From Geobacteraceae bacterium (GTDB lineage: Bacteria; Desulfobacterota; Desulfuromonadia; Desulfuromonadales; Desulfuromonadaceae): a stretch of 39,513 bases of DNA. Location of the stretch: contig JAIVHC010000154.1 in the NCBI GenBank assembly GCA_020201305.1, forward strand, positions 1-39,513, given 5' to 3'. The position numbers were made by a program, and so were the translations under genes. The notes beneath the pieces were generated by a model. It made no database searches. It had not been told where the DNA came from and saw nothing but the letters and a program-made list of their open reading frames with translations. Shown piece by piece: positions 1 through 8,206 of this stretch (the stretch's first letter is position 1; each line of letters begins with the position of its first letter).

Positions 1-1220
1 ACTTCGAGATTATTGGCCAGATACAGTGCGGTATCGCTGTCACCAGTCCACACAGCGGCGCCCAGGCCAAAATCGCTGCTATTGGCCATGAGCAAGGCCT
101 GTTGTACATCTTCAACGGGTGTTACCACCATCACCGGGCCAAAGGTTTCAGACTTGAAGGCGCACATATCAACCGTGACATCGGTTAACAGGGTGGGTGG
201 ATAAAAGTAACCGGGTCCTTCGGGTATTTCCCCGCCGAGCAGGCAGTTTGCTCCGCTGTTGATGGTATCCACCACCTGTTGATGCAGGCCGTCTCTTAAA
301 TCCGCGCGTGCAATCGGACCAATGTCGGTGTCGGGGTGGGCGGGGTCTCCCATCATCAGTTTTTCCAGACGGGTTTTTACCATGTCGACAAACTGCGGAT
401 AAATCGACTGCTGCACCAGGATGCGCTTGGCGGCAATGCAGGATTGCCCGGCATTGATGATTCGAGACAGCACCGCGATATCCGCGGCGGCTTCCAGGTC
501 TGCGTCCTGCAGTACAATGAAGGGGTCTGAACCGCCGAGTTCAAGCACTGAATGTTTAATTTGTGAAGCCGCGATGCTTGCTACAATGCCCCCGGCTTTA
601 TCTGATCCGGTAAATGAGAGTGCCTGAACAACCGGATGGCGTATGGCTTGTTCCACCTGTGCGGTTTGCAATGGAAGGTTGCACATGATGTTGTCCGGCG
701 CGCCGGCCTGAGTGAAGATGTCTTCGATTGCTGCAGCGCAGCCGGGTACATGCTGGTCGTGTTTCATGGCGCACGTATTGCCCGCCATCAGCGCAGGTGC
801 AAGGTAACGAAAAGCAAGCCATAAAGGTGCATTCCAGGGCAATATCCCAAGCAGAACGCCCAGCGGCTGATATTCCACATAGCTGCTTGAAGCATCGGAC
901 TCGATCACTTCGCGGGCGAGATAGTGTTCCGCATTGTCAGCGTAATGTTCGGCGCACTTCGCGGCTTTTTCTACTTCGGGGCCGGCTTCCTTGACGGGTT
1001 TGCCCATTTCGGTGGTCATCAAGTGGCCAAGGTGATCCTTGTTTTCGCGTAGTTTGGTGGCTACTGCTCGCATCACCACGGCGCGCTCGGCAAAGCTCTG
1101 TTTGCGCCAGGCTTGTTGGGCTTGCTGCAATTCGTTCAGACGATGATCGATTTCATGATCCGACATATTGGGGTATTCCTGAATGGTTTCGCCGGTGGTC
1201 GGATTGATTGCTGTGAGCAT
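1..1220 (-). CDS. NAD(P)+-dependent aldehyde dehydrogenase, succinate-semialdehyde dehydrogenase (Sad/YneI)-like; C-terminal end runs off the window
   Basis: Missing from the ORF track because it has no stop in the window. My reverse-strand translation from ATG 1220..1218 (AGGAGG a few nt upstream) reads MLTAINPTTGETIQEYP...PWNAPLW...VLELGGSDPFIV...NAGQSCIAAKR...FGLGAAVWTGD with no stop down to position 2. These are ALDH-superfamily motifs, including the catalytic Cys. Confidence 0.85.
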   Translation of the reverse strand, partial: MLTAINPTTGETIQEYPNMSDHEIDHRLNELQQAQQAWRKQSFAERAVVMRAVATKLRENKDHLGHLMTTEMGKPVKEAGPEVEKAAKCAEHYADNAEHYLAREVIESDASSSYVEYQPLGVLLGILPWNAPLWLAFRYLAPALMAGNTCAMKHDQHVPGCAAAIEDIFTQAGAPDNIMCNLPLQTAQVEQAIRHPVVQALSFTGSDKAGGIVASIAASQIKHSVLELGGSDPFIVLQDADLEAAADIAVLSRIINAGQSCIAAKRILVQQSIYPQFVDMVKTRLEKLMMGDPAHPDTDIGPIARADLRDGLHQQVVDTINSGANCLLGGEIPEGPGYFYPPTLLTDVTVDMCAFKSETFGPVMVVTPVEDVQQALLMANSSDFGLGAAVWTGDSDTALYLANNLE

Positions 1221-1234
1221 TACACCTCCTGAAG

Positions 1235-2500
1235 TTATTGTTTTTTGCCGGATTTGGTTTTTTCGGTACTGGCCGGGTCATCACTTTTCTTGAGTGCCCT
1301 GGTGCTGTCTTCCAGTTTTAGCGGGCTCTGCGAAGATCCCGGTTTAACGGTAAAGTCCCGATCCATGCTGAAGAAGGACCGGCAACCTTTATCCGTTATA
1401 TAAATCGTGTCGGAAATACCGCAGGTCTTGTCGCCATCCACGCCCCACATCCAGGGAATGATATGGAAGGTCATGCCTTCCTTGAGAACAGAAGAATTGC
1501 CCTGTTTCAAACTGATGATGTAGCCCTCGTCCCAGCTCGGAGGAAACGCAATGCCGATGGAGTAACCGGCCCGGGTAACCAGCTTCGCACCAACATCGTT
1601 TTCCTGAATGATGTTACGAATCAGGTTGTCGGCATCGGACACTGTCATGCCGGGCTGGAACTCCTCGTGTACTATGTTGAGGGCTTTTTTCATTGTTTCC
1701 TGGGCCTTGTACATGGAATCGGAAAGCTCTCCCAGGATTATTGTGCGCATCATCGCTGTATGGTAACGCCGGTAACAACCACCGATCTCAAGGAATACAT
1801 GCTCATCATCCTGGATGGTGCGACCTTCCCAACTGGCATGGCCGATCATGGTGCGGGGTCCGGAAGTCACATAAGGCATGACCGCCGGTGCTTCACCGCC
1901 TGCCTTGAACATCGCCGCGCTGATTGCGGCACCTACTTCGTTTTCGCTTAGACCCGGTTGGCACGCCTCTATGCCGGCCTGCATGCCCGCTTCTGTCGCC
2001 AGCGCCGCCTTGTGCATAATTTCAATCTCTGCGGCTGATTTGCAGACTCTCCCGCATTCGACAATTCCAAAACAGTCAAGGAGCTTGGCCTCGGTAAGGG
2101 TGGTATGGATGGTATCCTGGAAATAGGCGGGAAAGAAATAGCTGTTACGTTCGTAGCCGATGCGTTTTTTGTCGAGTCCAAACGCGCGCAGTGCATCCAC
2201 CAGCATCTGGATCGCATCACCGGTATCAGAGTATGGACGTGAGCACTCCACCCAGGTGCGTGCATAAACATTGGATTCTTCCAGCTTACGCGTAATCATA
2301 AAGGGCTCACATTCCAGTGGCACCACCAGGGCCTGGAAAAATGAATAACCGGTGGTCTGGTAATCGGTCAGATACATGATGTTTTCAGGATCACTGATCA
2401 CCACCGCATCCAGGTAGCGTTCGGCAATGCGGCGTCGAAGGTCATCCAGTCGGCGCTGGTATTCCTCGAACGGGAAGGTCATGTCATCGCGTTCTCTCAT
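1235..2500 (-). CDS. M24-family (creatinase/prolidase fold) hydrolase, ectoine hydrolase DoeA/EutD-like
   Basis: 421-aa ORF. Motifs FLEIGGCYRRYH, GYSIGIAFPPSWDEG and GMTFHIIPW match the M24 pita-bread fold and resemble DoeA as I recall it. Its ATG shares one base with the upstream stop (TAATG at 2500). It carries a Lys/Ser-rich C-terminal tail of about 40 aa. Confidence 0.75.
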   Translation of the reverse strand: MRERDDMTFPFEEYQRRLDDLRRRIAERYLDAVVISDPENIMYLTDYQTTGYSFFQALVVPLECEPFMITRKLEESNVYARTWVECSRPYSDTGDAIQMLVDALRAFGLDKKRIGYERNSYFFPAYFQDTIHTTLTEAKLLDCFGIVECGRVCKSAAEIEIMHKAALATEAGMQAGIEACQPGLSENEVGAAISAAMFKAGGEAPAVMPYVTSGPRTMIGHASWEGRTIQDDEHVFLEIGGCYRRYHTAMMRTIILGELSDSMYKAQETMKKALNIVHEEFQPGMTVSDADNLIRNIIQENDVGAKLVTRAGYSIGIAFPPSWDEGYIISLKQGNSSVLKEGMTFHIIPWMWGVDGDKTCGISDTIYITDKGCRSFFSMDRDFTVKPGSSQSPLKLEDSTRALKKSDDPASTEKTKSGKKQ

Positions 2501-3762
2501 TACTGCATTACCTCATTTACTGCGGCGTAAAGAATATTCAGGCCCTGATCCAGGTCATCATCAGGTATGGTCAGGGGTGGAATCACCTTGATCACGCGTC
2601 CTCCGGTACCGCAGGCTCCTACCAGCAAGCCTTTTTTGAAGCACTGGTTGACCACGGTCTTAGCCTTGTCGCCATCACCGAGGTCGACTCCGACAATCAT
2701 ACCCTTACCGCGAACCTGTATACCGGGTTGTTGTGAGAGGGGGGTGAGTTTTTGCATGATGCGAGCGGTCTTCTGCTTGACCTGCTGCATGAGGGTATCA
2801 TCGTCGAAGTATTCGAGTGCAACATCACCGGCCACAAAAGACAGCCCCTGGCCTCTAAAGGTGCCAGTGTGCTCGCCCGGTGACCAGAGCTTGTCATACT
2901 CGGGTTTAATCAGGTTCAGTGCCATGGGCGTACCCATGCCGCCGATGCCCTTGGCAAGACAAATGATATCAGGATCAATATCCAGATCATCAAAACTGAA
3001 GAAGGAACCGGTGCGCCCCATGCCCACCTGGATATCATCGACAATAAAGAGTGCGCCGAAATCCCTGGCGAGTTGTTGCACGCCCTGGAGCCATTGTTTA
3101 TTTGCAACATTAACTCCGCCCTCGGCCTGAATCGTTTCCACGATAAAAGCTGCAGGAGGCAATACACCGCTGGAACTGTCTTCATACTGTTGTCGCAGGC
3201 GTTGCAGTGATTGTTCGCCGCAGCCCAGTTCACACCCCTCGCATTCGGGTTCGCAACCGAAGGCATGATGGGACACATGGTTCAGGGGTACGCCTGCAGC
3301 ACCGCGGAAATACTGGTTGGCGGTACAGGCCAGTGAGCCCAGCGTCATGCCATGAAAGCCGTGATGGAAGGCCACAATATCGTGTCGAGCGGTAACGCGG
3401 CGCGCGAGTTTAAGCGCGGCTTCCACCGCATTGGTGCCGGTGGGGCCGATAAACTGCATCTTGTGCGGCATGTTTCTCGGTTCCAGAATGGTATCGGTAA
3501 AATGCTGCATGAAGCTGGCTTTGGCCGTGGTATGCATATCCAGGCTGTGGGTAACGCCATCCTCTTGCAGGTAGTCGATCATGGCCTGTTTCATGCGTGC
3601 ATTGTTGTGACCGAAATTGAGCACACCGGCTCCGGCAAAGAAATCAATGTACTGGTTACCATCCTCATCAGTTTGCCGGGCATTACTCGCGCTTTTGAAT
3701 ACCACTGGATATACCCGGCAATAGCCACGAATTTCGGATTCTCTTTGCTCAAATATGCTCAT
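2500..3762 (-). CDS. Class III PLP aminotransferase, diaminobutyrate--2-oxoglutarate transaminase family (EctB/DoeD-like)
   Basis: 420-aa ORF. RESEIRGYCRVYPVVF, YIDFFAGAGVLNFGHNN, GPTGTNAVEAALKLAR, DDIQVGMGRTG and CLAKGIGG closely parallel EctB-type DABA transaminases. Confidence 0.85.
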   Translation of the reverse strand: MSIFEQRESEIRGYCRVYPVVFKSASNARQTDEDGNQYIDFFAGAGVLNFGHNNARMKQAMIDYLQEDGVTHSLDMHTTAKASFMQHFTDTILEPRNMPHKMQFIGPTGTNAVEAALKLARRVTARHDIVAFHHGFHGMTLGSLACTANQYFRGAAGVPLNHVSHHAFGCEPECEGCELGCGEQSLQRLRQQYEDSSSGVLPPAAFIVETIQAEGGVNVANKQWLQGVQQLARDFGALFIVDDIQVGMGRTGSFFSFDDLDIDPDIICLAKGIGGMGTPMALNLIKPEYDKLWSPGEHTGTFRGQGLSFVAGDVALEYFDDDTLMQQVKQKTARIMQKLTPLSQQPGIQVRGKGMIVGVDLGDGDKAKTVVNQCFKKGLLVGACGTGGRVIKVIPPLTIPDDDLDQGLNILYAAVNEVMQ

Positions 3763-3822
3763 CTACATTCTCTCCTGTTCATTGTTTGGTTACGGGTTTT
3801 GACTGGATGGATTTAATCTGGT

Positions 3823-4989
3823 TCAGGATATATCAACACCAACAAGACGCGAATATAGCTTAACCACTTTTTCTATCAATCCGTCATTAAAATCATAGTA
3901 GGCGCTGTGACAGGGATATTGGTGCCGCTCTATGCCATCATCGGAGCCGATCAGGGCGAATGCTCCCGGTATCTGTTGCAGGTAATAACTGAAATCTTCG
4001 GAAGCCATCGCCGGCAGCATAAACTGCTTATCCAGGCTGTGCTCACCCTGATCCTGTTGCCAGGCAGTACGTAACCTGCTGGCACAACCAGGGTGATTAC
4101 GGGTGGCCTCATACCTTGGGAAAATCCGCACTTCGCAGGTCACGCCGTAGGCCTGCGCGATGTTTTGCGACACGCTGGTTATTAATTGATTCAACTGTTC
4201 GCGGCTGCTGCTGTCAGGCACACGGATACTCCCGCTCATCAGGGCTGTTGCGGGAATTACGGTCACTCCGCTGGGCGCTTCGATGGAGGTAACGCTGAGC
4301 ACCACGGGTTTTTGCGGCGACATGCGGCGGCTGACAATCTGTTGCAGACTGATATTGATAGCGGATGCTGCGAGTACCGGATCGGCACATAATTCCGGCT
4401 GGCTGGCATGCCCACCACGCCCGTTGACCTCAATCTCAAAGCTGCCATTGCCCGACATCACGACATCATCCGGGCACGCGATTTTGCCGAATTTAATCGC
4501 CGGCCAGTTGTGCCAGGCGTAGATTTCATCCACCCCCTCCAATGCACCGTCTTCGATCATCTTTTTTGCCCCATGCCCGCCTTCCTCGGCGGGTTGGAAG
4601 ATCAGGGTGACAGGACCTTTCAGCGCATGTTCGTGTTGCTTCAGCCAGTCAGCGGTGGCAATCAGCGCTGCGGTATGCCCATCATGACCGCAGGCATGCA
4701 TACGCCCCGCATATTGCGAAACATAGTCGCAATCGGTTTCTTCGTTGATTGGCAAAGCATCCATATCGGCACGCAACCCAATATGCCTGCCACTGGATTC
4801 AGGGTTCAACCAGGCAAGCGTACCCGTGTCGGCACAGCTTCTCCAGGGGATCTGCAACCCTTCAAGCTGTTCACGAATAGCCTCTGCGGTGCCAAACTCC
4901 TGCCAAGTGAGTTCGGGTTTTTGATGCAATTGATGGCGCAGCCGGATAGCTGAGTCAATTACCTGTTGCCAGTTTCGTGTCATGCTCAT
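3823..4989 (-). CDS. M20D-family amidohydrolase (hippurate hydrolase / N-acyl-amino acid deacylase-like)
   Basis: The ORF track starts at TTG 4992; in-frame ATGs lie at 4989 and 4983. Motifs HQKPEL, MHACGHDGH and IFQPAEEGGHGA are typical of M20D metallo-amidohydrolases. It is the first gene of the four-gene minus-strand operon. Confidence 0.85.
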   Translation of the reverse strand: MSMTRNWQQVIDSAIRLRHQLHQKPELTWQEFGTAEAIREQLEGLQIPWRSCADTGTLAWLNPESSGRHIGLRADMDALPINEETDCDYVSQYAGRMHACGHDGHTAALIATADWLKQHEHALKGPVTLIFQPAEEGGHGAKKMIEDGALEGVDEIYAWHNWPAIKFGKIACPDDVVMSGNGSFEIEVNGRGGHASQPELCADPVLAASAINISLQQIVSRRMSPQKPVVLSVTSIEAPSGVTVIPATALMSGSIRVPDSSSREQLNQLITSVSQNIAQAYGVTCEVRIFPRYEATRNHPGCASRLRTAWQQDQGEHSLDKQFMLPAMASEDFSYYLQQIPGAFALIGSDDGIERHQYPCHSAYYDFNDGLIEKVVKLYSRLVGVDIS

Positions 4990-5099
4990 CAATAAATCCG
5001 TTCATCGTGGCGTCAAGTGGGTATTAAGAATACCTGAAATATCAACCACTATACACGTGGAGAGCAAATTCTCAAAACATAGGGTCAACATCGGGAGAA

Positions 5100-5612
5100 C
5101 TACAGGGCGGCTATAATCTCGCGGCAGAACGCGGGAAGATCCACCGGAGTTCTGGAGGTGATGATGTTGCCATCCCGCACAACTTCGCGATCGACAAACT
5201 TGCCCCCGGCATTCTGCAGGTCATCTTTAATGGAGAAGAATCCGGTCACCTCTTTGCCGTGGATGGCATCGGCTGAAGCGAGCACCCAACCCGCATGACA
5301 GATAGCGGCAATTATGGTTCCCTCTTGATTGGCGGTACGGATCAGATCAATCATCGGCGCACAACGCCGCATGTTATCCGGGGCGTAGCCGCCCGGGACG
5401 ATAAAAGCATCAAAGTCACTCGCTGTGACCTCATTAGCGGCCATATCAGCACTGACGGGGTATCCGTGTTTGGATGTATAGGTCTCCCGCTTCGGCCCTA
5501 CAACAACCACTTCAGCGCCGGCCTCCTTAAAGCGCAACAACGGATACCAGAGTTCCATATCTTCGTAGGTATTTTCAGCCAGAATGGCTATTTTCTTACC
5601 TTGCAGTTCCAT
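5100..5612 (-). CDS. DJ-1/PfpI family protein (type 1 glutamine amidotransferase-like, YhbO/PfpI class)
   Basis: 170-aa ORF with KKIAIL, VPGGYAPD and the nucleophile-elbow motif AAICHAGWVL. A GGAGG-type RBS (plus-strand cctcc at 5617..5621) sits upstream of the ATG. Confidence 0.85.
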   Translation of the reverse strand: MELQGKKIAILAENTYEDMELWYPLLRFKEAGAEVVVVGPKRETYTSKHGYPVSADMAANEVTASDFDAFIVPGGYAPDNMRRCAPMIDLIRTANQEGTIIAAICHAGWVLASADAIHGKEVTGFFSIKDDLQNAGGKFVDREVVRDGNIITSRTPVDLPAFCREIIAAL

Positions 5613-5663
5613 ATATACCTCCTCAAGGTTGATGTTTTCGCAAAAAATACAAAATCAGATGGA

Positions 5664-5711
5664 TAAGTAAAAATAACAGTGCCGCCCCCTGAACGAGTTA
5701 GGGGCGGCACT
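5664..5711 (-). terminator. Rho-independent terminator downstream of the catalase gene
   Basis: 11-bp GC-rich stem (agtgccgcccc 5678..5688 pairs with ggggcggcact 5701..5711). On the minus strand it is followed by gTTATTTTTac. It lies 15 nt after the catalase stop. Confidence 0.6.
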
Positions 5712-5725
5712 TCAGGGTTATGTCA

Positions 5726-7177
5726 CTATTCTTTTACACCCTTAGCGATGCGCGCGCCAACATCCTTATCGATGTTGCGCCAGTATTCCAGGGCCCGTTC
5801 CAGCACCGGATCCGAGACTCCCCCTTTGAGATGCCCCACAACATTGGCCACAAGGCGGTCGCGCTCGGCATCGTTCATCACTTCGCGCACCAGGGTACCC
5901 GGTTGAATGAAATCATCATCATCCTTGCGCAGGGTGTAGGCGCTCCGCATGAACTTACCATCCGCACTCCAGACTGCATCCTCGGGATAACGCTCCGGAT
6001 CGGCCTGCGGTCCGCCTTTGGAATTGGGCTTGTATACAGGGTCGGAGACATTGTCCATGCGCATGGTGCCTCCTTTGCTGTAACTGTGTACCGGGCATTT
6101 AGGGCGATTGACCGGGATCTGTTTATAATTAACCCCGAGACGCGCCCGATGTGCATCTGAGTATGATATCAGACGCGCCAGGAGCATTTTATCCGGACTG
6201 GGGCCGATACCTGGAACCATATTGTTGGGTTCAAACGCAGCCTGCTCAATTTCCGTGTAAAAATCAGCAGGATTGCGGGTAAGGGTTAATTTCCCAACCT
6301 CCATGGGAGGATAGTCTTCGTGCGGCCACACCTTGGTGAGATCAAAGGGGTTGAAGCGATAGTTTTCGGCCTCTGCAAAAGGCATAATCTGCACCTGCAG
6401 AGTCCAGCTCGGGTTGTTCCCTTCTTTGATGGCATTGAAGAGATCACGGCGATGATAATCAGCATCGCATCCGGCAATTTCATCCGCTTCCTCCTGGGTG
6501 AGGAATTCAATGCCCTGATCGGTCTTGAAGTGGTATTTAACCCAGAAGCGCTCCCCTTCGCTATTGACCCACATGTAGGCGTGGCTGGTGTAACCGTTCA
6601 TATGGCGATAACTTCTCGGCACCCCGCGATCACTCATCAGAATGGTGACCTGGTGCGCGGTTTCCGGTGAGAGGGTCCAGAAATCCCACTGCATATCGTT
6701 ATCGCGCAGGCCATTGTCGGCGCGGCGTTTCTGGGAATGGATGAAATCCTGGAATTTCATGGCATCACGCAGGAAAAACACCGGGGTGTTGTTTCCCACC
6801 ATGTCGTAGTTGCCTTCATCGGTGTAAAACTTGAGGGCGAAACCGCGCACATCGCGCCAGGTATCCGGGCTACCACTCTCACCCGCAACGGTGGAGAAGC
6901 GCGCGAGTACATCGGTTTTGGCTCCGGGCTGGAATAACGTTGCTTTGGTATACGCGCTCACATCGGCGGTCACCTCAAAGTGCCCGAAGGCACCTGAACC
7001 CTTGGCGTGGGGCTGGCGATCAGGAATCATCTCACGATTGAAATTGGCCATCTGCTCCATAAGGTAGTGGTCATGGAACAGGATCGGGCCATCCTGGCCC
7101 ACTGTCAGGGAAAACTCATCGCTGGATACCGGCATCCCGGCATCGTTGGTGGTGGGTTTGATATCGCTATCTTTCAT
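5726..7177 (-). CDS. katA: Monofunctional heme catalase (small-subunit type)
   Basis: 483-aa [49 protein letters not shown] and later conserved blocks are diagnostic of typical catalases. An AGGAGG RBS sits upstream. Confidence 0.9.
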   Translation of the reverse strand: MKDSDIKPTTNDAGMPVSSDEFSLTVGQDGPILFHDHYLMEQMANFNREMIPDRQPHAKGSGAFGHFEVTADVSAYTKATLFQPGAKTDVLARFSTVAGESGSPDTWRDVRGFALKFYTDEGNYDMVGNNTPVFFLRDAMKFQDFIHSQKRRADNGLRDNDMQWDFWTLSPETAHQVTILMSDRGVPRSYRHMNGYTSHAYMWVNSEGERFWVKYHFKTDQGIEFLTQEEADEIAGCDADYHRRDLFNAIKEGNNPSWTLQVQIMPFAEAENYRFNPFDLTKVWPHEDYPPMEVGKLTLTRNPADFYTEIEQAAFEPNNMVPGIGPSPDKMLLARLISYSDAHRARLGVNYKQIPVNRPKCPVHSYSKGGTMRMDNVSDPVYKPNSKGGPQADPERYPEDAVWSADGKFMRSAYTLRKDDDDFIQPGTLVREVMNDAERDRLVANVVGHLKGGVSDPVLERALEYWRNIDKDVGARIAKGVKE

Positions 7178-7342
7178 GATTGAACCTCCTGTTTATAGGA
7201 TTGCCGAATAACATTTTTTCTCGATTGCTGAAAAAACATCTATGAAGTGCTTTTCATGTAAGTATACGCAAAAACAGACGCAACAAAACGTGCAACTTAC
7301 CCTTTACATAAAATATAAGTCTCTGCCCGGCATCCTCCGGGG

Positions 7343-8206
7343 CTAGAACCAGAAATGCACCCCGGTCAAAACCACGAAATCGTTCGAATCTCCCCCCATG
7401 GCCTCAACCCGGTTGGCGGTTTTTCCCAGCAGTTTGTGCCAGCTGACACCTACATACGGAGCAAATTTGCGCTTCAGGTGATACATGAGGCGCATCCCTA
7501 TTTCGGCATGGGTAATCCCCCGCCACTGCTCATATTCAGGCACATCATTGAAGGAGAGACCTGCTTCCAATCTGGGGACCAGAACCAGCCTTTGGGTAAT
7601 CAGTAACTCATATTCCATCTCCAACGCTACAGAAGCGTCACCGTCCTCACTCAGATACGCAGTCAAATCAGTCTCTATCCACTGAGGCGCGAGTCCCTGG
7701 AGGCCAAGAGCCAGGAAGCTTCTCTCCGGGGTTGGTTCAAAATCGTACCGCACCCCAAGCTGCACATCCCAGAAACGGTTTATATTACGACTGTAAAGCA
7801 GCTCAAGGTTGAATTCCTCAACTTTATTTTGAGGCTGGATGAGCGCCTCACCTTCGCTTTTGAGATATATCTTGTTGTAATCATCACCAGCCCAGGCTGC
7901 GACATCCCACACGAGTACCTCGTCGCTTCCCTCAGTACTCCAGATATACTCCAGGCGATGAGCATTGAATGTGGCGAAATTCATGTTGTCATGTACAACC
8001 TGAACGCCGAAATTGCGCTGTGCACCTTCTTGAGCATCTTCAGCGTACTTCTGAATCCCCTCCCCCACTACAGGATTTGTATGCACTTCCGCGTAATCTG
8101 CAGGGAAATAGTCTTCATCGGCATTATCTGCACAGAGCGCGTTACCGGGTACAACCAGTACCAAGAAACAACAAAAAAACACGCAAATCACCCTAAGTAC
8201 CATCAT
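7343..8206 (-). CDS. copB: Copper resistance protein B (CopB/PcoB outer-membrane protein)
   Basis: CopB-like beta-barrel sequence ending in ...GVHFWF. The likely start is ATG 8206 (MMVLRVICVFF..., a signal peptide). It overlaps the TGA of the copA C-terminal frame as ATGA, which indicates translational coupling. The track start at 8260 is probably too long. Confidence 0.8.
   Translation of the reverse strand: MMVLRVICVFFCCFLVLVVPGNALCADNADEDYFPADYAEVHTNPVVGEGIQKYAEDAQEGAQRNFGVQVVHDNMNFATFNAHRLEYIWSTEGSDEVLVWDVAAWAGDDYNKIYLKSEGEALIQPQNKVEEFNLELLYSRNINRFWDVQLGVRYDFEPTPERSFLALGLQGLAPQWIETDLTAYLSEDGDASVALEMEYELLITQRLVLVPRLEAGLSFNDVPEYEQWRGITHAEIGMRLMYHLKRKFAPYVGVSWHKLLGKTANRVEAMGGDSNDFVVLTGVHFWF

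Noticed and set aside
7381-7390. tRNA T-arm-like string CGTTCGAATC
   Set aside because: It lies inside the copB coding frame. No acceptor, D or anticodon arms can be folded around it. I found no tRNA genes anywhere in the window.
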